Shown one piece after another: positions 8,163 through 16,354 of a DNA stretch of 22,261 nucleotides; within the stretch, counting starts at the first letter, position 1, and every line of letters starts with the position of its first letter. The notes beneath the pieces were generated by a model. That model made no database searches. It saw only the letters and a program-made list of their open reading frames with translations, and had not been told where the DNA came from. The position numbers and the translations under genes are program-made. The DNA is taken from the NCBI GenBank assembly GCA_048938445.1, contig JBHLME010000072.1:1-22261 (forward strand), written 5' to 3'. This DNA is from Promethearchaeota archaeon (GTDB lineage: Archaea > Asgardarchaeota > Lokiarchaeia > Sigyniarchaeales > SOKP01).

Positions 8163-10079
8163 TTATTTTTTTGTAATATCCATGACAAAATCTATGATAC
8201 CTGCTTCAATTTTTTTATATTTTAATGGATAATTTGATTTATTGATTATATTTAGCATTGAACGGTTTTCTAGAAGAATGCTTCCTGAAAAGAAGTTACA
8301 ATTGAGTTCTCGGGCAATTGTTATTAAATAATTTAATAAGAAGGTCGTTATCCCATTCCCTCTCCATTTCTTATGTACTGTAAATGCTATTTCTTTGATA
8401 TTTGGTTTATCGGTTTTAAAAAAGCCGCCAATTGCTATGATTTCTTTTTTTGTATCTTCTGAATATTCTCCCACTAAAACCATATCCGTTGCATAATCGA
8501 TATTTACGACATATTGAACTTTTTTATGACGGAAATCACTAACGGGAGCAAAGAATCTCAAATATCTATCTTGTTCGTCTAAAGAATAATATAATTCTTG
8601 AAGCATTCTTTCATCCGTAGTTTGAATTGGTCGAATTTTGATTTCCTTACCATTTTTTAGTTGAAAGGTTGTTTCATATTTTTCAGGATATATACTTATC
8701 CTTCCTTCTATAGACTTTGGTAGTTTTTGATCTGAAAAAACATAATTCCATTTTTTTACTTGTTCTAATAATTCTTCTCTAAAATCGGGATGTGCAATAT
8801 TGATCATTTGTAGGACTCGTTCCCTCACGCTTTTTCCATAAAGATATGCAATCCCCCATTCAGTAACCACGTAATGAACATCCCCTCTAGTGATGACTAC
8901 TCCTGTACCTGGTTGGAGGTGTGGTACAATTCTTGAAACAACTTCTCCATTAGATAATTTAGCCGTAGAAGGAACCACCATTATTGGTTTACCCCCAACT
9001 GATCGAGCTGAACCTCGAACAAAATCTACTTGCCCTCCAATTCCACTATAAAATTCATGTCCGATAGAATCTGCATTTACCTGTCCTGTTACATCAACTG
9101 AAAGAGCTGCATTAATGGCTACTTGTTTTTTATTTTGGCTTATGATAAAAGGATCATTTGTATAATCGCAAGGATGAAATTCCACCATGGGATTATCATC
9201 TACAAAATCATAAAGCTTACGGGAACCCATTACAAATGAGCAAATTATTTTATCCTTATGTATCGATTTTTTTTTGCATGTTACTACCCCTTTTTCCACT
9301 AAATCCACTACACCATTTGAAAAGACTTCACTATGGATACCCAAATCTTTTTTATCCTCTAATCTTTTGATACAAGCATTCGGAACTTGACCAATACCCA
9401 TTTGTATTGTTGATTCATCCTCAACTAACGTGTTCACAAAAGTACCAATTCTTTCTGCTACTTCATCAGGTGGTTCATAACTGAATTCTATAATGTCATG
9501 ATCTGAGAGTACAAATCCATCTATATCATCTACGTGGATGAAGGAATCTCCTAATGTCCTTGGCATTTTTGGATTTATTTCAGCAATGACATTATCTGCT
9601 GCCTCTGCTATTGGTTTTACAATATCTACATTAATACCAAAACTACAAAATCCATACTTGTCTGGAGGACTCACCTGTATGAGTGCAGTGTCTAAATGCA
9701 TTTGACCTGTTTTAAATAGCCGGGGAATTTCAGATAATAACATTGGCGTATAATCCGCCATTCCATCTTTAATTGCGTTCCTTAAACTTCTTCCAATGAA
9801 AAAAGCATTATGTCGAAATAAATCTTCAATTCCACCAGCTGTCTTGTAGTAATCAAGATCACTCAAACTCAAAAAATGTAAAATCTCAATGTCGGGAATC
9901 ATAGGACCAAAATCAATTAATTTCTGTGTAAGATCTATTGGTTCTGAGCAACCAGAATCTATGAAAATACGATCACCGGGATTAATAAATTTCTTTATTA
10001 TTTTATCTAGGTTGTATTGCTTGTTCTTATATTCTTTTAGTCCTAACATTATTGTTTTATCTTCATTCTCACGTGACAA
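8163..10079 (-). CDS. Acetyl-CoA hydrolase/CoA-transferase (4-hydroxybutyrate CoA-transferase-like) fused to a C-terminal GNAT acetyltransferase
   Basis: Transferase motifs: QVSPPDKYGFCSFG, EINPKMPRTLGD, TIQMGIGQVP, GIHSE (catalytic Glu position), SGIGGQVDFVRG, VVTEWGIA, IAHPDFREEL. GNAT motifs: IRPIQTTDE...RYLRFF...WRGNGIT. The start is placed at TTG 10079 because GGTGA lies 5 nt upstream (the track gives 10091). Confidence 0.93.
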   Translation of the reverse strand: MSRENEDKTIMLGLKEYKNKQYNLDKIIKKFINPGDRIFIDSGCSEPIDLTQKLIDFGPMIPDIEILHFLSLSDLDYYKTAGGIEDLFRHNAFFIGRSLRNAIKDGMADYTPMLLSEIPRLFKTGQMHLDTALIQVSPPDKYGFCSFGINVDIVKPIAEAADNVIAEINPKMPRTLGDSFIHVDDIDGFVLSDHDIIEFSYEPPDEVAERIGTFVNTLVEDESTIQMGIGQVPNACIKRLEDKKDLGIHSEVFSNGVVDLVEKGVVTCKKKSIHKDKIICSFVMGSRKLYDFVDDNPMVEFHPCDYTNDPFIISQNKKQVAINAALSVDVTGQVNADSIGHEFYSGIGGQVDFVRGSARSVGGKPIMVVPSTAKLSNGEVVSRIVPHLQPGTGVVITRGDVHYVVTEWGIAYLYGKSVRERVLQMINIAHPDFREELLEQVKKWNYVFSDQKLPKSIEGRISIYPEKYETTFQLKNGKEIKIRPIQTTDERMLQELYYSLDEQDRYLRFFAPVSDFRHKKVQYVVNIDYATDMVLVGEYSEDTKKEIIAIGGFFKTDKPNIKEIAFTVHKKWRGNGITTFLLNYLITIARELNCNFFSGSILLENRSMLNIINKSNYPLKYKKIEAGIIDFVMDITKK

Positions 10080-10153
10080 ATAGTTCACCAAATCAAAATA
10101 TTATCAATAAAATAATTTAATATAAAATAAATTGTTAAGTTATTTATTTGTCC

Positions 10154-11032
10154 TTATTGGTTTTCTCTTTTTGGATGTCCCTGTGGACAAATTTTTAAGC
10201 AAACACTACAATAGTTGTTTTCCAAAATACTTTGAATACATTTAGAACGTTCTATTCTAGTAATAACTTTAGATCCTTTAATTTTTTCAATAGGTTCCTC
10301 AAAAGCAGCACCACCTTTGCAGTTTTTAATACAAGAGCCACAACTTTTACAATATTCCTCCATGTAATTCAAATTTTTATGGTCAAACTTAGGGATTATT
10401 GCATCTGTAGTTATCATGCTCCATCGCTGTCTTGGACCAAATTCTGGTGTTATCACTATTCCATTTCTCCCGATAATTCCTAAACCTGAGGCGACAACAT
10501 GGGGAGGAAATAGTAATTTACCTCCAAAAGGATGATGTGCTTCACTTTTATAACCCTGTTCTTTCAAAAATTCCGCTAATTCGATGGTTATATCACCTAA
10601 TTCTTTATAAACCCTAAAACATTCGATTTCTGTATCTACACTTGGAGATTTTTTTATTTCACTCCATTTCATTTCCATTCCAAGAATAACTGCATTTTTA
10701 CCAAATACTTTCAAGTTATAAAAAATGAAATCCTCCAAAACTGGTGAATACCCAACTAAATCAATTCCTAAACCATGAGCCTTTTCTTTAAAGTCCTCCC
10801 AAAAACCACCAGGAACACCTGTTTTAACGTTATTTTCATTACCATATTTAGTCTTTCGTGCAAGCTGGAAACCTTTAAAAGTTCCTCTTAAATATCTACT
10901 GAACTTCTTTGCTTTCTCTCGATCGATTTTATCTTCAGGATCTAACCTTAATTCGAATAATTCTTCTGGAACAATAAATTTTAGAGCTTTATTTTTCCCT
11001 ATATAGGTTGGAATTAATTGATTATCACTCAT
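10154..11032 (-). CDS. Reductive dehalogenase / epoxyqueuosine reductase (QueG)-like corrinoid 2x[4Fe-4S] protein, no Tat signal
   Basis: SGLGIIGRNGIVITPEFGPRQRWSMITTD is followed by CKSCGSCIKNC and C-x9-CSVCLKICP. The start is placed at ATG 11032 (GAGTGA-TGAA-ATG); the track gives 11116. Confidence 0.85.
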   Translation of the reverse strand: MSDNQLIPTYIGKNKALKFIVPEELFELRLDPEDKIDREKAKKFSRYLRGTFKGFQLARKTKYGNENNVKTGVPGGFWEDFKEKAHGLGIDLVGYSPVLEDFIFYNLKVFGKNAVILGMEMKWSEIKKSPSVDTEIECFRVYKELGDITIELAEFLKEQGYKSEAHHPFGGKLLFPPHVVASGLGIIGRNGIVITPEFGPRQRWSMITTDAIIPKFDHKNLNYMEEYCKSCGSCIKNCKGGAAFEEPIEKIKGSKVITRIERSKCIQSILENNYCSVCLKICPQGHPKRENQ

Positions 11033-11066
11033 TTCATCACTCTCTTCATTTCCATCTATAAATATC

Positions 11067-11216
11067 TTATTTTTTATTTTTTTTTTTAATAAATTCTGGA
11101 GTATGAGTGCTTTCACATTTCCTCCTTGATGCCCAATTATTCCATAAATTATCTAATTTTTCCTCTACGTCCTCCTCTAAATTCGTATTCGAGGTTTTTT
11201 CCTTTTTTTCATTCAT
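11067..11216 (-). CDS. Small charged hypothetical protein (49 aa)
   Basis: MNEKKEKTSNTNLEEDVEEKLDNLWNNWASRRKCESTHTPEFIKKKNKK fills the gap between two co-directional genes and has a protein-like composition. The track's extra 16 N-terminal residues look like AT-rich intergenic sequence. Confidence 0.5.
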   Translation of the reverse strand: MNEKKEKTSNTNLEEDVEEKLDNLWNNWASRRKCESTHTPEFIKKKNKK

Positions 11217-11269
11217 TCTAATACAATTAAAATAAAAAATTATTAACAAAAAAAAATATCGCAATTAAA

Positions 11270-11659
11270 TTATAATTTATTTACATTTATTAAAAACTCA
11301 ATGAATAGCATCCCAAAGAATAAATCGATGATTGTAAGCAATAAAACTAAGAAATTTATATCGTCAAGAAAGAAATAAATTAGAAAAACTACAAAAAATG
11401 AGATTTTCTCAAAAATAACCATTTTTATAATACCCTTATTTTGTTCAAAGTCAAGATATACGATGAAAAGTCCAATTCCAAAAATAATTACTAATATAAA
11501 TAACATTTGAACAAAAACTAAACTTGGTGGGATTTGTACTCCAAAGAATGGAAATAAATTAGGAGCAATCAATGATAAAATTAATAAGGTAAGTCCAACT
11601 ATCCAATTCCAAATAGCAGCACAAAGAAACATTATTTTATAATATCTTTTCTTATCCAT
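11270..11659 (-). CDS. Hypothetical 4-TM membrane protein
   Basis: 129 aa with four hydrophobic segments and an AAIWNW motif; AGGAG RBS-like motif upstream. Confidence 0.8.
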   Translation of the reverse strand: MDKKRYYKIMFLCAAIWNWIVGLTLLILSLIAPNLFPFFGVQIPPSLVFVQMLFILVIIFGIGLFIVYLDFEQNKGIIKMVIFEKISFFVVFLIYFFLDDINFLVLLLTIIDLFFGMLFIEFLINVNKL

Positions 11660-11760
11660 CTAATTCTCCTTTATAGTAAATTATGTAGAATACCAATATT
11701 ATTATAATCTAAATGAATTATTTTATCATACTCTTTAAACCTATTGACTTAGAAAATCAA

Positions 11761-12390
11761 ATGATGGAGTATTGGAATAAGAGATTTTTGCTTGAAGGAA
11801 AAATATGGGGGCAAGAACCTAGTAAATCCGCATTTCTAGCTCTCAAGTTATTTAAAGAAAACAATATTAGAAGCATTTTGATTCCTGGCGCAGGATATGG
11901 TCGTAATTCAAAATTATTTTCCGATAATAAGTTTAAAGTCACGGGTATAGAGTTCTCTAAAAATGCATACGAATTATCAAAGGAATATGATTTAAATACT
12001 CAATTTATAAACGGAAATGTTTTAGACATGCCACTTAATGAAGAGAAATATGATGCGATTTATTGTTTTAATGTATTACATTTATTCTTACAAAAAAACC
12101 GTGAGTTATTTTTAAAGAAGTGCTTTTATAAATTAAAAAAAAAAGGTTTTATATTTTTTGTAGTGATGTCTGAAAAGGAAAAGAGTTTTGGTAAGGGGAA
12201 AAAAATCGAACCGAATACTTTTGAAAGCAAACCAGGTAGACCCGTTCATTATTTTACTAAAAAGGATCTAAATGAACATTTTAAGAATTTTCAAATAATA
12301 ATATCAGGAATAATTGAGGATAAAGAAAATCATGGCGAAATTGGACAACATGTTCATATATTGCGCTATATTTTCGCTAGAAAAAAGTGA
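11761..12390 (+). CDS. Class I SAM-dependent methyltransferase
   Basis: Motif I ILIPGAGYGRN, then VTGIEFS, YDAIYCFNVLHLF and LKKKGFIF. The start is probably ATG 11761 or 11764 (MMEYWNKRF). Confidence 0.9.
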   Translation: MMEYWNKRFLLEGKIWGQEPSKSAFLALKLFKENNIRSILIPGAGYGRNSKLFSDNKFKVTGIEFSKNAYELSKEYDLNTQFINGNVLDMPLNEEKYDAIYCFNVLHLFLQKNRELFLKKCFYKLKKKGFIFFVVMSEKEKSFGKGKKIEPNTFESKPGRPVHYFTKKDLNEHFKNFQIIISGIIEDKENHGEIGQHVHILRYIFARKK

Positions 12391-13239
12391 TTAATTCATT
12401 TTTCCTACTTCTTTAATTGCTTTCTTATATGCTCTATCAAAATAATACCAGTAAAGTCTAGGTAAGTGTCTTTTCAATTTCCATCCAATTTTTGCCATTC
12501 CTGTTAGAATATAGAATTTCTTCTTCAGTATTGACTTAATATATTTCTCTGCTACTTCATCTGGATTTGCAAGTTTTCCCACTGTCGAGATTAGAGCGCA
12601 TTCTTCAGGTTTAGTCTTATTTTCTTCAGCATATCCAGGTGTGTCTGTATCGGTAGGATATATCAATGAAAACCGGATATTATAGGGTTTTAGTTCATGT
12701 CTAAGTGCTTCCGTCAATCCTACAAGAGCAAATTTAGATGGAGAATATGTTGTATACCCCATCATTCCAAAATATCCTAGAGCAGAGGTAAAATTTATTA
12801 CATGACCTTTTTTCTCTTCCATGAAATAGGGTAGGAGAATCAAGGTGGGTATTAATTGTCCATAATAATTTTCATTCATTAGTTTCTCAAAATCTTGAAG
12901 GGTATAGTTTTCGACATAATCTGGCCTAGCACATCCAACTACATTTATTAGATAATCCGGAATTCCATTTTTTTCAATAAAACTTGTCAATAAGGATTTC
13001 AATTCATTCATCTCTCTTGTATCACATGTAATAGTTGTAATAAATTGGGACTCTTGTCCTATATAATTAATCAACTCTTCATTAGTTTTTTTCAAGGATT
13101 CCGAGTCTATATCAATAATGCATAAAGATCCTCCTAATTGAACTATTATTTTTGCTAAAGCTTTACCCATTCCTTTAGCTCCACCACAAATTACCACTAT
13201 TTTTTCTTTCAAAGGTTTCCTTTTAATTAATCTATTCAT
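12391..13239 (-). CDS. SDR oxidoreductase, 3-ketodihydrosphingosine reductase (KDSR/Tsc10)-like
   Basis: CGGAKGMG nucleotide-binding loop, YSPSK catalytic motif, and the KDSR-type signature YPTDTDTPGYAEENKTKPEE. The start is placed at ATG 13239 (or GTG 13245 after AGGTGA), which removes the overlap with the upstream gene. Confidence 0.88.
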   Translation of the reverse strand: MNRLIKRKPLKEKIVVICGGAKGMGKALAKIIVQLGGSLCIIDIDSESLKKTNEELINYIGQESQFITTITCDTREMNELKSLLTSFIEKNGIPDYLINVVGCARPDYVENYTLQDFEKLMNENYYGQLIPTLILLPYFMEEKKGHVINFTSALGYFGMMGYTTYSPSKFALVGLTEALRHELKPYNIRFSLIYPTDTDTPGYAEENKTKPEECALISTVGKLANPDEVAEKYIKSILKKKFYILTGMAKIGWKLKRHLPRLYWYYFDRAYKKAIKEVGKMN

Positions 13240-13277
13240 GGACACGTACCATTCACCTTGATTATCATTCGAAATGA

Positions 13278-13652
13278 TTAAATATTGAACCATCCATAAA
13301 TTATAAAGAGGGGTCCTAAGATCATGCATGTTATATTTATCACGAGGTTTAAGATCGTGTCAAATAATTTTGTAGTATACCCTCCGTTCTGCACGCAATA
13401 TGTAATATCAATTAATCCAAGAAAAATCAATGAACTTCCAGAAACAATGGAAAAAAAAATTCCAAATCTCTGAGAAGTCAGAACTCCTATAGCTGCGATA
13501 AATAAGGTGGGCAATATCCAGCCCAAATCTGCTATGACAAAAGTACTTTCATGAGTGATATGTGTGGGTGTTTTTTCTGGGTTTTTTTTTTCCACTTTAT
13601 AGAAAAATATCCAATATCCAATTATTCCAATGCAAACTATAATTTGACTCAA
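13278..13652 (-). CDS. Hypothetical 4-TM membrane protein
   Basis: Four hydrophobic segments with polar residues (HE...AD, D) in or near the membrane. The start may lie 7 codons upstream at ATT 13673. Confidence 0.75.
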   Translation of the reverse strand: MSQIIVCIGIIGYWIFFYKVEKKNPEKTPTHITHESTFVIADLGWILPTLFIAAIGVLTSQRFGIFFSIVSGSSLIFLGLIDITYCVQNGGYTTKLFDTILNLVINITCMILGPLFIIYGWFNI

Positions 13653-13707
13653 ACCTATTAATATATTTAGAATTTTTTACACCAATTTATTATTATTTTA
13701 ATTTCAA

Positions 13708-14520
13708 TTATATATCCGATTTAAGATACCATGCTGGAACACCAATATCCACAATGCCACCATCTATTGGAAAATTGTGGCCTGTAATGAAATCTGAAGA
13801 AGGAGAGGCTAGAAAGTTTACAAGTCTCACTACATCTTCAACAGTACCATACCTGTTTAAAGGTGTTTTAACATGACCCATATCCATAGTATCTTTCATT
13901 AAATCTTCATCATTCGCATATATACCCGTTACATGATAACCAGGAGATATAGCATTTACTGTAACCCGTGGAGCAAGTTCTTTAGCAAGCAATTCCATTA
14001 ATGCTATGATACCAACCTTACTTATACTATATATTGGTATGAAAGAATCAACATTAATGCCTGCAATAGATGCAGTATGTATGATTTTCCCCGAAATTGG
14101 ATCGAAATCTTGTCTTCTTATTTTAGGACCAAATGTCTTTCCTACTAACCATTGTCCTTTAAGATTTACATTCAATATAATATCCCAATCTCTCTCTTTA
14201 ACCCTAAGAATATTTTTTCCTGCTGCTGGACATATCCCAGCGTTATTAAATAATATAAATACATTATCTACTTCTTTATATGTTTGTTCTGCCAATTGTT
14301 TTACCTGTTTAACATCTGAAACATCACAAATTATGGGAATCACTTTTCTTTTTGTTTTGGATTCGATATCTTTTGAGGTTTTTTCAAGTGACTCCTCATT
14401 AATATCTACAAGGATAATATCAGCTCCTTTTTGAGCAAGTTCTAATCCCACACCTTTCCCAAAACCCGATGCACCCCCTGTAATCAATGCTCCTTTTCCT
14501 TCCAAGAAGTTTTTTGTCAT
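13708..14520 (-). CDS. Classical SDR oxidoreductase (FabG/glucose-dehydrogenase-like)
   Basis: TGGASGFG, NNAG, YSISK, VNAISPG and FITGHNFPIDGG motifs; start placed at ATG 14520. Confidence 0.93.
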   Translation of the reverse strand: MTKNFLEGKGALITGGASGFGKGVGLELAQKGADIILVDINEESLEKTSKDIESKTKRKVIPIICDVSDVKQVKQLAEQTYKEVDNVFILFNNAGICPAAGKNILRVKERDWDIILNVNLKGQWLVGKTFGPKIRRQDFDPISGKIIHTASIAGINVDSFIPIYSISKVGIIALMELLAKELAPRVTVNAISPGYHVTGIYANDEDLMKDTMDMGHVKTPLNRYGTVEDVVRLVNFLASPSSDFITGHNFPIDGGIVDIGVPAWYLKSDI

Positions 14521-14736
14521 TTTTACCAATCGGTATATAAAATGTTTATTGATGGAAAAAAATTTCCTTTAATAGTATAAATATCTATTTTTTTTTAATA
14601 CATCAATTTTATATCTATAATTTTTATAGAATTGGAAATTTCATCTAAATTATAGTAATAATGATAGATAATCACGAAAATTATTAAATTTAGTATCTTC
14701 TAAATATATCATATAAGAAAATTTAAGTGACAAAAA

Positions 14737-16317
14737 ATGGAAAATGTAATACCATATCTTATAAATCTTGGAGATGTCATTGGAGTTCGTTCTAAGGCAA
14801 CTCTTTTAAATGAAATTGCAATGGCATTAATCGAATGTACAAATATTTTAGGCAAAAAAATAAAAAAACTAGGAAAAGTAAACCGTATTACAACGTGTTT
14901 TTGGCCTGTCAAGTTAATTCCATTGAATGAAACTCGTGCCTGTGTGTGTTCTTATTTAGGTAATAAGCAAGAAAAGCTCAATATTGGAAAGTTTGCTCAG
15001 ATTCCAGTAAAACCGGATAATTTAATAAAAGGAGCTGATCCTTTCTCATTTTTAGATTCCTTAAGAACATATAATAATACATACTTGAAAAAAGCTAAAT
15101 ATTTTAAAAGGAACCTTGTCATTCAAGAAGCACTATTTAATTCAGCCGAGATGGATTTCTTTAAGAATTTCTTTATTAACCAATACAAATTAAGCTCTTT
15201 TGGAGAACCATATTTCATTTTGGAAGGAGGTCCTATATCTAAAAGCGTTGAACAAACGAGAATTGCACCAGAAGTATTTGAATTCATTTCTCAAAGAGAT
15301 ACTCAAATGCTTGATGATTATGGTGCTATAATTACAAAATTATGCGATAGATGGGTTCAAAAAGGAGCTCAAGATGTCGATAAAATTCGAGGAAAAACCA
15401 TAGATACTAGTGAAGAAGAAAAACAATTAGCAATACTCAATAAAGAGTTGGAGGCTGAAAAAAATAAGACATTTGAAAAAACACCAGAAGAATTAGTGAA
15501 AAGTGGAAAATATAAAATTAGTGATAAGACCGGAGATTGTTATAATGACTTAAATTCAGTTAAAGGATCCGTTGATAAGATTAAGGGTGCAATTGAAAAA
15601 AGAGACTGGTTCTTAATTAAAGAGGGAGTAAAAGATTTAGATCTGAATTATAGAACACTAGGAAATACTATCAGTAGATATAAATCTGACATTGCTAATG
15701 TAGAAAAAAGTATCAATTCAGAAATTCGAGATAATGAAAGAGCGCATTCAACAAAAATACGAGAATTAGAAAATAAAATTCGTGAAATACAGAGACAAAT
15801 TGACAGTAAACATAAATCTCAACAATCAGATCTCTCTTCTGCTGAAGATGTAGTGACTATGATTAAAAATGAGAAGCAATCTTGTTTGGATAATATTGAA
15901 AGGATAAAAGACGTAGATATGACGGATGTCCAGAGCTTTATTAACAATTATACGATTGAAATCAAGACAAAAGAAGTTGTTGTAGGAATCCCCATTTTCA
16001 TATTTTATTTCGTTGATCCTAATTCAAATCGGACAACGCAGAGAGTTCCAGTATTGCCTATCTTGATTGATAAAGGGAAAGTAGTTAGCACGAAAATAAA
16101 AGAAAATTTTAGGCAACAACTTGAAAATATGATGAATAAGGACAATTTAATGATTAATCTGGTTGAAACTAAGGCTGAAAAAAATAATTTAATGGATGAC
16201 ATCAAGAATTTAGACAATCGTCTCGAGGATGCAATAAACGATCTGCGAATGAAAAAGGTTTTGGGGAAAAAGGAGTCTACCTCAGCAATAGAGGTTATTA
16301 CTAACCTAGTTTGGTAA
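14737..16317 (+). CDS. Hypothetical protein with a long central coiled-coil between globular N- and C-terminal parts
   Basis: 526-aa open frame with AAGTGA RBS-like motif. Heptad-rich E/K/Q segment (e.g. STKIRELENKIREIQRQIDSK) flanked by the beta-strand-like motifs CFWPVKLIP and VGIPIFIFYF. Confidence 0.85.
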   Translation: MENVIPYLINLGDVIGVRSKATLLNEIAMALIECTNILGKKIKKLGKVNRITTCFWPVKLIPLNETRACVCSYLGNKQEKLNIGKFAQIPVKPDNLIKGADPFSFLDSLRTYNNTYLKKAKYFKRNLVIQEALFNSAEMDFFKNFFINQYKLSSFGEPYFILEGGPISKSVEQTRIAPEVFEFISQRDTQMLDDYGAIITKLCDRWVQKGAQDVDKIRGKTIDTSEEEKQLAILNKELEAEKNKTFEKTPEELVKSGKYKISDKTGDCYNDLNSVKGSVDKIKGAIEKRDWFLIKEGVKDLDLNYRTLGNTISRYKSDIANVEKSINSEIRDNERAHSTKIRELENKIREIQRQIDSKHKSQQSDLSSAEDVVTMIKNEKQSCLDNIERIKDVDMTDVQSFINNYTIEIKTKEVVVGIPIFIFYFVDPNSNRTTQRVPVLPILIDKGKVVSTKIKENFRQQLENMMNKDNLMINLVETKAEKNNLMDDIKNLDNRLEDAINDLRMKKVLGKKESTSAIEVITNLVW

Positions 16318-16354
16318 AATTAAATTATTGTTTTTTAATCTTATTTATTTTTTA

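Noticed and set aside
12388-12390. TGA stops (methyltransferase; also the gene ending at 16355) as selenocysteine codons
   Set aside because: Both proteins are complete at the TGA. Readthrough would run into the convergent gene or hit an immediate TAA, and I recognised no SECIS-like hairpin.
3530-13591. Coding homopolymers (A9 at 3530-3538, T10 at 4786-4795, A10 at 12135-12144, T10 at 13582-13591) as phase-variation tracts
   Set aside because: They fall in Lys-codon runs in an AT-rich genome, all frames are intact, and they occur even in core metabolic genes.
14614-14705. Short dyads TCTATAA-TTT-TTATAGA (14614-14630) and ATTTAG-N6-CTAAAT (14688-14705) in the divergent promoter
   Set aside because: Arms of 6-7 bp made almost entirely of A/T are expected by chance at this composition; unsupported without conservation data.
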